Assembly: GCA_973851085.1 (NCBI GenBank)
Contig: OZ316775.1
Span: 2,852,001-2,916,000, forward strand
DNA: 64,000 nucleotides
DNA from: Ptychomitrium polyphyllum
Lineage: Eukaryota
Reading direction: 5' to 3'
Every line of letters starts with the position of its first letter. Position 1 is the first letter of the stretch. The translations under genes and the position numbers were made by a program. The notes under the pieces were generated by a model. It had not been told where the DNA came from. It worked only from the letters and a program-made list of their open reading frames with translations, and did no database searches. Shown piece after piece: positions 13,782 to 26,174 of this stretch.

Positions 13782-15960
13782 ATGAGATTGGCTCTCTTTG
13801 TGCTTTTGGCGATGGCAGCCACGGTGCGCTCGACTCCGCCCCCGCCGCCGCTGCCAGTCATTCCACTGCCGTCCTACCGGCAGCTCAAATTCCAGCGGCA
13901 GGAGCAGGTCATGTTCTTTCATTTCGGTGTCAACACATTTGCAGGTAACGAACAAGGGGATGGAACAGACGATCCCTCCATCTTCAACCCCGAAGGCCTG
14001 GTATTGTTATTTACCCTAACGCCATGGCTTCACATGAGCAATCAATTGGCAGTTTATGTTCAGCTCCGGTTTTGCCTCAATCTCTTTCTGTGCACATTTT
14101 TTGGGTATAGCATGCCCTAAATAGGTGAGTGGCCTGATTTTGTTATCAGAGAGACGGCGATAGCAGTTGACGAACAAGGACCATCATTTGATGGTGATGT
14201 GCATCTTGCTCGAATTAACTTCAACTGTAGTGAGTCTGGTTTTGGTGATCTAGCTGCCATTCTCTGACAGCCAGTTTTTTCCTTTTCTGTTGTTTTTTTC
14301 TCAGGATGCAAGGCAGTGGGTGCGGGAGGCTAAAAATGCAGGGTTTAAAGTGGTGATTCTTACAGCGAAGCACGCAGATGGGTTTTGTTTGTGGCCCTCA
14401 GCATACACAAACTACTCCGTGAAAAGCTCGCCTTGGAAGGACGGCAAAGGCGATGTGGTGCGGGAAGTTTCGGAGGCAGCGAGGAAGGAAGGTCTTGAGT
14501 TTGGCCTCTACATGTCGCCGTGGGACCGCCATGAACCCGCTTACGGCGACACACTGCGCTACAACGAGTACTATCTCGGCCAACTACGGGAACTTCTGAC
14601 CATGTAATATCATTCCATCCCTACGTCGTCATTCGATCCATATTTTAATTCGTGCACTTCAAAGCCATAGAGCTGCACAAATCGTCTTTGAATAGAGACT
14701 ATTAAGCCCGACACAGGTTATTTTCTGGTATGTCGCAGGTATGGACCTATCTCGCAGGTTTTTGTGGACGGGAACAAGGATCCGACGGCAGTGGACATGC
14801 ACTATCTCTTCGACTCGTGGTTCTCCACGATCCACCAGCTGCAACCGAATGCAAACATCTTCTCTGATGATGGGCCGGATGTTCGTTGGGTTGGCAATGA
14901 AGCTGGCTTGGCCGGCTCAACGAGTTGGTCGATGATGAACAGATCGCTCGTTACCATTGGTGGCATTGGAGTTGAAGAGTATGTCTCCTTCTCTTGTAAC
15001 TTCGAACATACTCTGTTATTATTTGCCATGTTATCAATTGGTGTATCGATTGGTTTCAATAAAGAAGCGTTGCTACATTGTCTGCTACATATTTCTTACC
15101 TTTTAGCAGACAATTAACTTTTCCTTTTATTTCAAAAAGCTTCTCTATTGTTTCTATACCATTATCTGCTATATGTTTGCTTAACATCTGCTAAATATGT
15201 AAGGTAATGTAAAGAATTTTTGATAAAATAGTCTGTGTTGTCTCAAAAACTATGTTTCAGGTATTTGAACAAGGGTGACCCAGATGGCCAAGACTGGGTT
15301 CCCCCAGAGTGCGACGTCTCCATCCGACCCGGTTGGTTCTGGCACCAGAACCAGCAACCGAAGACGGTAGACACACTCGTCGACATTTATTTCAAATCAA
15401 TCGGTCGCAACTGCGTGATGCTTCTCAACGCACCTCCCAACCAGACAGGGCTTCTCCAGGAAACTGATGTGGCCATGCTCCGTGAGTTCAAATCCACCAT
15501 CGACCTCATCTTCTCCAAAAACATGGCTTCCAAGTCCCAAGTGAGCGCCAGCAGCACTCGTGGAGGTGAAGCATCTCCTTTCCGTCCTGAGCAGGTCTTG
15601 ACTGATGACTTGGAAGTGTATTGGGCACCCGAGGAGGGAGTCACCTCGGCCTACCTCACCCTTGAGCTTGGATCCAACAAGTCGTTCAACGTGATCAAGC
15701 TGCAAGAGGCGGTGCACTTGGGCCAACGTGTGCGACGTTACCATGTGGATGTGATGCAGAATGGGGAGTTGGAAGAAGTTGTTGTGGGGACTACTATTGG
15801 GTACAAGAAGCTGGATCGTTTTAAGCAAATTCAGAGCCAGTTCGTTCGAATCTACATTGATGAAGCGCGGGCAAGTCCGCTTGTTGCTTCTGTTGGCTTG
15901 TATCTCGACATAACGTCAGGACTCGGCTGCGATAGGAACTTCACCAACTGTGTATCATAG
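13782..15960 (+). CDS. GH29 alpha-L-fucosidase-like protein with C-terminal F5/8-type domain
   Basis: Exons 13782-14000, 14305-14603, 14739-14978, 15261-15960. It has a signal peptide (MRLALFVLLAMAATVRS) and the motifs PPPLPVIPLP, FFHFGVNTF, LTAKHxDGFCLWPS, GLYMSPWDRH, GPDVRWVGNEAG, ECDVSIRPGWFWH and GTTIGYK. An upstream in-frame ATG at 13716 is an alternative start. Confidence 0.92.
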
Positions 15961-17945
15961 TGAACTGTATGTTGCATCCAAATCTCAAAAGAGGTACACT
16001 TGTACATACATTATTTGAGATAGTTTTTAGTGACTTGAATCTGAGATTTATTGTCATGTATTAAAATGGTTATACTTATAATTTAATGCTTCGTTTCAGT
16101 GTTGAAGTTTCTAAAATTCTGGCTTTACTCAAACCATGCGTCTGCAGCATTTGGAAGTTTGTTGCACAACGTAATAAGCACTTCGTAGACACTAAGAGAC
16201 AATAGGTTATACTTTCACAGCCTTCAGATGAGAGCGGGAGGAAACCAAACCGACAGATAAATATTAGGAAGCTCATTCCAATTCAGGTGCTAATTTGTAA
16301 ATCTGTCCTTCCCATTTGCTGTGCTATCTCACTCAGAGAAACCTTGAGATTTGCTTCATCACCTTTGCAAGTTTTCACACAAACTCCGGTTGTCGAATAC
16401 CACTGGTCCATTCAAAACAACCTCAACCCAAGGGTTTATAGTACAACAACACATACACTGACAAATCCAACAAGCACTCAGAAGAATGTGAAGTACATCA
16501 TAGTTGAAAACCCCAAATTATTCCCTCATGCGCGTGTACTGTCTGAACCTCTTAACCTGGCAGGCAACAAGATGCCAACCTCAAGTTCTTCTCAGGTGCA
16601 TTTACGAGGACTCACATTAATTCTTAGAATCGGGCAGAAAATGCCGCCTAACATTGGATACAAGAAACGAAAGGCCACTAATTATGAGCTCAAACAAACT
16701 GTCAAGCCTCAAGGCGTCCAGACAGCATCTTTTAGTGAGCTCAACAAAACACACCCAACCACGGCTGCCTAATTTACAGGATTGTTCACATTGACCTTTC
16801 AACTCGTGTTGCCAGGTAGCGTGAAAATAACCCCGCACCAATAAACAACATCTACGTTCCCCAATGTTCGCAAACGAACTCCCAACGAAAGCCAACTGCG
16901 GAACATAACTGTCAAAATGCGGTTCCTTGGAAGCCACAAGCCTGCTTGCTTGCATCTCCGAGACCACACACGGATCTACTATTCGTCAAGATCTGCTTTT
17001 GAAGTTCGCATTGGCAGCTGCGTTGTCTCATCTTGCTGGGCCTCCGGTTCTCGTCCCATTTGGTGCACCACAGCGCCTGCGGTGGTCATGTCAGTGGAAC
17101 GACAGCTCCAGTTTCATACATGTTGAGTGGCTGGACGTGGAGATGGAGACATGCAATTGGGAGAGTCTCATTCTTTGAGTTTTTCATTGCGGATTGTGGA
17201 GCAGTTTTGTGCCATCTCGCTTCTGGCATTGGGGTGACCACCCAAACCTAACACTTGGTTGTGTGCAACTGGTGAGAGGCTGTTTTATCCTGGTGGGTGG
17301 AATGGCGAGGGTTGAGCCTAGGTATGTTGAATACGCTGCAGTGCTGAGGATGTTTTTAGGGTCTGTTATTGTTTACTTTTTTTCTTGAATTTTTGGGGGC
17401 CTTCTTTTCTTGTCTCTGGTTCTTTTCTATTAAGTTTTGATCATTTTGGAATGATGTGGAGTGTTCACCCTTCTCTTGTAATTGGCACATATGTTGAGTC
17501 GGTGTTAGCAATGTCGTTTGTGAGTTAGCTATAGATGATTCGGAAGCTTTCTCTTTCTCTGAGGCTAACTGTGTGGTTTGCTGGGTGAGTTTCGCCATTT
17601 TGGCTTAAGAGGTTTTTGGAAGGAAGCAACAGGTTGGCATGTTCAAATAAGCGTATCAGCTGTTGATGGCATTGTGAATTTATTTCATCATAATAGCTAC
17701 TTACCGGTTCTTTAAGATCTCTGCAACCTTTCTTCATTGTTTCCGCCTTCATACCTCACAGTAACGGCTTTCTTGTTATGGATTTGGACAGAGAGACCAA
17801 TAGGGAAAGTTTCCTGTGAGGATCGGTCGTCCCGGTGCCGGATTCTAGGAGGCTCATTGAAAGAACCATTCCATTGCTCTACTCGGCGTACTGGGTGGTA
17901 TCATGATCGCACTTCGAGAAATTGAATGCAAGAGCGGTGGAATTT

Positions 17946-17959
17946 AAACCCTAAACCCT
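17946..17959 (+). promoter_or_regulatory. Telo-box-like motif upstream of the AN start codon
   Basis: AAACCCTAAACCCT ending 16 bp before the ATG at 17976. Confidence 0.35.
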
Positions 17960-17975
17960 GGCTGAAATCGAAGCA

Positions 17976-20096
17976 ATGGGGAAGGTACACCGGGCCGCGG
18001 CAGCAGAGAAGAAGGGCGGGATTAAGCTTATCACCTCACAGGTTTTGAAAACTGGAGGAACTCCTAGAGATGGACTTGACGCATCCAGGTTGCCGCTTGT
18101 GGTGGCTCTCAACTGTCTACCAGACTGCTCTCTGGAAGAAGGGGCACTTAAAGGAGTAGCTAAGGTGGAGCACGTAAGCCTGGCGCAAGTGGGCGAGGGG
18201 AAGATCGAGGCAGCAGCCGCGGTATTGTTGCATTCTCTGGCTTTTCTTCCGCGAGCCGCGCAGAGACGATTACAGCCATGGCAGTTGATTCTGACCTTGA
18301 GTTGTATGGACAAGATGGTGGACTCTGCCTTGGCGAATGAACTAGGGTTGCAGCTGCTACATGTGGATAGTGGGAGAGCCGACGAGATCGCTGACACAGT
18401 GATGGCATTATTGCTGGGGCTTCTGAGACACACGCATGTGTTGGCCTCTCACGGGTACGCCTCTGCGGGATGGCTGGGGACTATGCACTCCTCGTGCAGA
18501 GGGATGCGCCGCTCTAAGGGCATGGTCGTCGGCATCGTGGGCGGAACAGCCTCTGCAATTGCAGTTGCTAGTCGTTGCCTTGCATTCAGAATGAAGGTCG
18601 TGTATTTTGATCCGGAAGAGGTAATAGACAATCCTTGTCTTCCTCAACTTTGAAACTTGTTCTGTATTTTCTCGGCACAAACGTGAGAAACATGTGTATT
18701 CCAGTTCTGTAGGTTAAGGCTGTAGTTTCTCAATTTTTACGATTTTGATCAATTTGTGTATGTTGAACTGAAGTCAGATCATATTCATGGGGTAAGAATG
18801 TGAAATACTGTGTTTTGCACTTTTATCCATGCCCTATGTATAACTTTGTACCTCCTTGTACATGAGGGATTTTTTTTCCTTAACCCATAACGTGTGATCA
18901 AGCCTTGATCGGTAGGACAAAACAGTCTTTAATATCTGCTTTTTTGTGCTCAAGCTTAGTCAAGGCAACAGGTTACATTGATGATTAGTACAAGGAGAGC
19001 ACCCTCTGTTGAGATACAGTAGAGGATGTCTAATTGTATGTATAATGCATTGAGGTAGTGGTGTCTTCGTGTTTACTGAATATACTGAGATCATGTATTT
19101 TGTGATGAGCTAAGATGAGTTTCCGAGTTACGGTCTCTTACGATGATTGCAGGGGAAAGAGAGTCAGCGTAGGAGGGTATTTCCTGCAGGAGCCAAAAAT
19201 TTAAATAGTCTGAAGGAGCTGCTCGCTGCCTGTGACATTGTCTCGCTTCATTGTGCACTTACGAATGACACTGTACAACTCATCAATGCTGATAGTCTTC
19301 AGCATATCAAACCAGGTTCCTATGTCTTTAACTTCCTGGGTCTTCTTTTAGATATTACATTCTTTTGATGCCCATGCGTGTGGAATCTGGATCGGTATTC
19401 CAAATGGGCTACGGTCTAAGCAAGAACTTACTAAACGCTGATCTGAAACGCTAAATGAAAAGTCTAAATGCTAATTGAAAAGTCTAAATGAATAGTCTTG
19501 AGGTTTTGAATAGCGGTCCATTTGATGGGATTTCCGGACAGGTGCGGTAGTGGTGAACACAAGTAGCAGCCATCTGCTGGATGATTGTGCTCTGAAGGAA
19601 GCGCTCATCAATGGCACCGTTGCTGGCGTTGCCCTAGATGGCATTGAAGGGCCCCAGTGGTTTGAAGCTTGGGTACAGTTTAATCTGCAATCCTGCTAAA
19701 TATTTTCATCTTTGTCCTGTATGAGATTTCTCGTAAATGGAATACTGTTATTTGAAAATGATTCGCTTGGTCTCTAAACAGGTGAGGGAGATGCCGAACG
19801 TGTTGATTCTTCCTCGCAGTGCAGATTACAGTGAAGAAGTGTGGGCCGAGATACGGTCGAAAGCCGCTTCTGTTCTGTTTTCGTTTTTTGTAGATGGAGT
19901 CATTCACACAAACGCAGCGGCAGATGATGACGATGACCAGCCACAAGAGACCCCTTGGCAGGAGGAAGGAGTGACTAAACCGGATAGAAATGTTCACTCA
20001 AAAAGGGGTGGAACAGGTTCAAGCCAACAACGGGTAGAAGGAGCACCAGATCAAGAGTTTCGCAGTAAACACCAGCAGCTGTATTATCAGGCTTGA
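17976..20096 (+). CDS. AN: ANGUSTIFOLIA (CtBP/BARS-like), short form of about 417 aa
   Basis: Exons 17976-18620, 19153-19315, 19542-19672, 19782-20096. AN hallmarks: LPLVVALNC, AVLLHSLAFLPRAAQRRLQPWQLIL, RADEIADTVMAL, DIVSLHCALTNDT, EGPQWFEAWVREMPNVLILPRSADYSEEVW. The 3' end is less certain. Confidence 0.93.
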
Positions 20097-22899
20097 CAGA
20101 TTTGTGTCAGCTACTACATCGTACTTTATGTACAGAAGTTTGTTGCAGCGATTTGTGGTTCCTTTCACTCCTTCCCTAGCAACAGCCTCAAAGCGAACTG
20201 ACTTGAAGAAGATGCGGCATTGTTTTTTTGGCATTATCCGAAACTCCCATGTTAGAGATACACCGCTGCTTTTAATTTTTCGTTGAGAACCATTGTCATA
20301 GCTTTTAGTCGTTGGGTCAGCCTAGGCTTGCAAATCGGACACAAGTGCAAGATTTTGATACCACTAGCTGATTTTATACATTAATTTATTCAGACAAAGT
20401 GTTTTTCATTTCATATGTAACGCAAGGGCGGAATCTTAGCTACATGCCAGAGGACATGCATCGATTTGAGTATCTCTACGTGTCGTGTCCTCACCCTGAT
20501 CCTAGAGTTGATTCAATCAAATTTATGTTGTAAATCAGAGATCGGTTGCTTTGCTTACTCTCATATTCCTCCCTGAAATGTTTACTAACAGGTGTAAATG
20601 TAGGAATTTTGTATCTGACAAGGATTGATCTTGAGCATATCTCAAACAATCAGTTTCTACTGCAGCAGGAACTCAACCTCTCCAACAACTATGCACAAAT
20701 TCCTAAAGAAAAATATCAACTATCATACGCACAACTGAAAGACAATTGCCACCACTGCGGGAGATTCTTCCAGGTACAATCATCCAGGTATGGTATTGTC
20801 CGAATGAGTCCATTTGCGTAAGTCGAAAACCAGAAGCAAGCTAGAAACGGGAAGCGTCGTTTGATGTTAGCAGGTACCACCTCAGATGTGCCGCCTAAAT
20901 ATTCGGACTCTTGCGGGGGGAACCCATGTACTTAGCATGCACACACCTTCACCACACGGCCAAAGCGACACTTCATCCAGATGCCTTACCGCCGCCCTCG
21001 CTGGCTGGCAGCTCGGGTTTGATGACCACAGCCCGGGTCTCGCCACACTCAAACTCCTATCAGCACCATCTGAGCCGCATCGCACCAAAAGCTGCAAAAG
21101 GAAAATTTGAGGCACTATTATCCCTGATGCTGTGGTAGCCGCTTTTGGGACGAAGAACTGAGGATCATCGTCATCGGAAAACCCGATCATCGCTATTGCT
21201 ATAAGAAAAATTACTGAAAGCAAAAAACAACAAAGGCAAAAGATCAGAAAAATATTTGTAGTACGGGATTACTCTAAGGTTTGGTGAAGCATGTTTCAGA
21301 ATCTGGGTAAAATGTTGTTTCGACTAGCCCCCTACACTAGTGTTGGTCACAAAGGAATAAAGAAAGAGATGGCACTAACATGTAACTAAGGATGGTTGCT
21401 CTACTCTAAGTAATTTTTATTCTTATGTATCTATAGTATTGACGTTTTAGAAGTTGAACATTCTAAAAGACGTTCAAAAGAAGGTTCTAAGTGGTCTAAA
21501 CTTTTGGACCACAGTGTTTTAGAAGAATGGCCTTCCGAAAGAATGGTCCATTCTTCTTTTGAACATGATCCATTGCAATTCTTTAAATGAAGAATGGTCC
21601 ATTGTAAGGGTCAAAATCATTATATAATAATACATTTTAAGATACATATTTTGGCATACATTTCAATATACCTAAGTATCTTCAAACTTCTATAAAAATG
21701 ATTTGTTGCATGAAATGTTTTAAAAAGATGGACTTACATTTAGATTATTGAAATAAATTTGATTGTATATTTTTTATTATCAAGCATTTGCTATTGTCAA
21801 TGACACTAGCACTTCTTAGACAGTCTTCCATTTATGATTACAAATCACATTCATGCCAAGAATAGAATTAATGATAAGATTTTGGAATTAATGTAGTAAT
21901 GTAAAATATAGTTGGAAACAAAAAGCTTTGGTATTTGATTGTAATTATCTTATTACATGCCATCCATTTCTAATCTTTAAAGAATGAGTATAGCACCTTC
22001 TACCAATTACATTATCAAGCACTTCAAATTAATAACAAGAAAGTTTTGTGGAATTGCCAAATATGATTTTTGAATATCTTTATAGATAATTTTGTAAATT
22101 GATTTTGTTGAACTACCAAATTCTTTTTTACAATGTTCTTTATACTTTATATTATTATACAATGTTTACTATTCCAAAAAATACATAAGCATTAGTTGTT
22201 CAATAATATCATATATAACTTTGAAATGTTGTAAGAATTTACTATACAATACAATATAAAATTAATGCTATTCTAAATTCATTCAATCATCACCAGACAT
22301 CTACTTCCAAAACATGCAAAAACTACACAACTATAAAGCTATGGTGCTATTTAGTATAAAAGTAAAAAAATTAAAGATCTTCATGAATTAAAGTCTTCCA
22401 TAAATGTTCAAGTTACAATCATATAAAATAAATGGTATTCTAAATATACTTATAAAATGTTGGAAATGTGAATCCAATACATAATAAATAATTATCAAAA
22501 TTATAAAGCAATCTATATGTTTTGCACCCTCAAATTTAATTATCCTTTATTGGTTGTTTGTATTCAAAATTCATAATAAGTGCTTTTCCAATTCTTCTCT
22601 TACTAAGGCAAAATGAGAAAAATATAAATAATACACAAGCCGCAAGCTTAGTACAAATATTCCAAGTGTTGAAACGTTATTAGGTCCATTTCCTTAAATG
22701 CACAAGAATATGATATACAAGAAATCAAATCTTCACTTAGATAAGTTCATTTGTATAATAGACAAATTATTCTATTATATTCTGTTAAATATAACACTAT
22801 TATACACTAATATTCATTACATGATGCTTCTAAGATTAACAATATCTTATGTTTAAACAAATAAGACTTCTAAATTCCATATTTACTATCAAAGTTGCT

Positions 22900-23981
22900 A
22901 CTAAGAAAAATGAGTATGTAAGTGCTTTCAACTTGTCAATTTACTATGGAAGTTGCTGCAAGGATGAACACCTCCATAGAACCAACGACGTAAGAGCCTT
23001 CAACTCCCCAATTTGTTGTGGAAGTTGCTGCAAGGATGAACACTCAGATAGGTCCAAGTGCGTAAGAGACTTCAACTCCCCAATTTGCTGTGGAAGTTGC
23101 TGCAAGGATGAACACTCAGATAGGTTTAAGGACAAAAGAGCCTTAAACTCCCTAATTTGTTGTGGAAGTTGTTGCAAAGATGAACACTCAAATAGACGCA
23201 AATCTGTGAAAGTCTTCAACTTCCCAATTTACTAGAGAAGTTGCTGCAAGGATGAACTACATGATAGGTCCAAATACATAAGAACCTTCAACTTTCCAAT
23301 TTGCTGCAAAAGTTGCTGCAATAATGAACACCTAGATAGGTCCAAGTGCATAAGAGACTTCAACTCCCCAATTTGCTGCGGAAGCTGTTGAAGGAATGAA
23401 CACCCATATAGAGTCAAGGATGTAATAGCCTTCATCTCTCCAATTTGCTGTTGAAGTTGTCTTAAGAATGAACACCTATGTAGACTCAAGGATGTAACAG
23501 CCTTCAAATCTCCAATTTGCTGCCGAAGTTGCTACAAGGATGAGCATCTATGTAGACTTAAGGATATAAGAGCCTTCAACTCCCTAATTTGTTGTGGAAG
23601 TTGCTGCAACAATGAACACCTAGATAGATAAAAGTCCATAAGAGCCTTCAACTCCCCAATTTGCTGAAGAAGTTGTTGCAGGGATGAACACCTATGTAGA
23701 TTCAAGAATGTAAGAGCCTTCAATTGCCCAATTTTCTAGGGAAGTTGCAACAAGGATGAACACCTGAATAAGTCCAAGTGCATAAAAGCCCTCAACTCTC
23801 CAATTTGCTACAACAATGAACATCCATGTAGACTCAAGGATATAAGAGCTTTCAACTCAAAATTTTGCTAAAAAAGTTGCTGTAAGGATGAATATCCATG
23901 TAGACTCAAGGATGTAATAGCCTTCAAATCTCTAATTTGTTGGGGAAGTTGTTGCAAGGATGAGCACCTTTGTAGACCTAA
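22900..23981 (-). pseudogene. Degenerate LRR array, segment 1 (about 15 x 72 bp)
   Basis: Tandem 24-aa units with consensus LQQLPQQIGELKALxxLxLxxCSS, containing many in-frame stops and a few indels. Confidence 0.9.
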
Positions 23982-25126
23982 TGTCGCAACCTTTGCAATG
24001 CACCTTAGCAAGCGTCATGCGCGTCAACCCTGTACACCTCCACATGCACATGGTTAACCCCCATTCTCACTTTCCAAGTCTTTCTACCATTTCTCTTAGG
24101 ACACCCAATTTATTAGTAGCCAATGGTTAGGTGCGGACTTCCATTCATGTCCAAGGCCTCACTTGGTGTTACTCCCATTCTACACGGCCTGACCGCACTT
24201 AGTGGTGTCTCCTCACCACCACTCATGATGCTCAAGTGATCCTAAGATCACCCCGGGCCATCATGGTGTCGGCGTGAAGACACCACCCCAACTTAGTGGT
24301 AACAAGTGTATCCTTTTGAACGTGCTAGTTCCCTTCGTGAAACCGGCCGTGCACCGGCTCACAATGGTGTGGGAGTCCCCGTGGTGAAGCCCCAACACTA
24401 GCTCTACCAACCGGGACTCACCCTTGGTCTCTACCGGGACACTAGGGGAGTGGGGAGGGGGACCAGCCCTCCCTTATAGTACTCTCTGTGGGATTTGGCA
24501 GGCCCCCTGGCCCTTTGGAGCTGGCTGAACCCCGACACACCTAGAGTTTTGGAAGACCACCCAATCTCCCTTGGGACTTAGCCGCTGGAAGCCTCCGGGA
24601 CTCCCAGCGGACCTTCAGGGCGTCATATCTTCCTCATCCGGTGCCCAAATGTATCAAGCGACCACTCTATCATCATCTACTCTTTGCGTAGATGCCGATA
24701 GGCTCCTCAAACGTCCGATTTGAGTTAGTATTGTGGAAGATACGCCTCTCCCAAGGTTCGGGACTCCCGGGGAGTCCCTCCCTGGACTATTCTACTCCAG
24801 CACAGTCACTGTGTAGGGCTGCCACACTCCAAAACAGCCCCTTGGCAACCCCAACTTTGGGATGCCATAACTTTTAGCTTCCATGTCCGATTTGGGCAAT
24901 CTTTAGCATTCTAGAATCAGCTCTTCGTGATTCCTCCAATGCCCCTGATCTATCCCTCTTGGCCCTTGGTCTACATGGGCAAGGATGTTTCTCCCCTTAG
25001 GGGTCCTTCCCATATTAGGTTCACTTGGTTCTCCTCACTATCGGCGCCACAAGTCCCGGACGTCACTTCGGGGTCCCCCTTGTGCCCTTAGTGTTGCGGG
25101 CACTCCTCAGGGAGAGGTGCGCGACA
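23982..25126 (-). mobile_element. Solo LTR, gypsy family A (1145 bp)
   Basis: Termini TGTCGC...GCGACA. 5-bp TSD cctaa/cttaa (1 mismatch), and the LRR register is restored when it is removed. It is the reverse complement of the 5' LTR at 61188-62329. Confidence 0.93.
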
Positions 25127-26174
25127 CTTAAGGACGTAAGAGCCTTCAACTCCCCAATTTGCTGCCAAAGTTGCTGCAACAATGAACACCTAGATAGGTC
25201 CAAGTGCATAAGAACCTTCAACTTTCCAATTTCCTGTAGAAATTGCTGCAAGGATGAACACTAACATATATTCAAGAATATAAGAACCTTCAATTGCCCA
25301 ATTTTCTAGAGAAGTTGTTGCAGGGATGAACATTCATGTAGACTCAAGGATGTAGTAACCTTCAACTCCCTCATTTGTTTGGGAAGTTGCTACAAGGATG
25401 AACACCTATGTAGACTCAAGGATGTAACAGCCTTCAAATCTCCGATTTGCTAGGGAAGTTGCTGCAAGGTTGAGCACCTATGAAAACTTAAGAACGTAAG
25501 AGCCTTCAGCTCTCCAATTTGCTGGGGAAGTTGCTGCAAGGATGAACACCTAGATAGACTCAAGGATGTAATAGCCTTTAGCTCCCCAATTTGCTTTGGA
25601 ATTTGTCTCAAGAATGAACACCTATGTAGACTCAAGGATTTAATAGCCTTCAACTCCCCAAATTGCTGTAGAAGTTGCTGCATCAATGAACACCAAATAG
25701 GGCCAAGTACATAAGAGCCTTCAACTCTCTAATTTGCTGGGGAAGTTGCTGGAAGGATGAACATTCACATATATTTAAGAACATAAGAGCCTTCAGCTCC
25801 CCAATTTTCTAGGGAAGTTGTTGCAAGGATGAACTTCCAGATAGGTTCAAGTGCACTAGAGCCTTCAACTCTTCAACTTCCTATGGAAGTTGCTGCAAGG
25901 TTGAACACTCAAATAAATTTAAGAACAAAAGAACCTTCAACTGACCAAATTGCTAGGAAAGTTGTTGTAGGAATGAACACCTATGCAAACTTAAGGATGT
26001 AATAGCCTTCAACTCCCCAATTTGCTAAGGAAGTTGTTGCAAGGATGAACACCTCTGTAGACTCAAGGATATAATAGCCCACAACTCTCCAATTTGCTAG
26101 GGAAGTTGGTGCTGAGATGAATACTAATGTAGAGTCAAGGATGGAATAGCCTTCAACTCCCCAATTTGCTGCGT
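25127..26174 (-). pseudogene. Degenerate LRR array, segment 2 (about 14 x 72 bp)
   Basis: Same 72-bp unit, continuing in register from segment 1 across the solo LTR. Confidence 0.9.

Noticed and set aside
19450..19498. Short tandem duplication (CTAAATG/AAAAGT) in an AN intron
   Set aside because: Ordinary slippage-type repeat with no sign of function.
20088..20876. GC-AG intron extending AN into 20874 onward
   Set aside because: The donor context CAG|GCTTGA is poor and the downstream frame does not resemble the AN C-terminus.
21337..21352. CACTA terminus (CACTAGTG...) bounding the LRR/TE block
   Set aside because: No matching inverted terminus, 3-bp TSD or transposase was found.
22849..23235. 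+ strand Cys-rich repeat ORF (CCGSCCKDEH)
   Set aside because: It is the antisense shadow of the LRR array.
22900..26174. CRISPR-like or satellite interpretation of the regular 72-bp periodicity
   Set aside because: The units translate as 24-aa LRRs, there are no unique spacers or cas genes, and the context is a plant nuclear genome.
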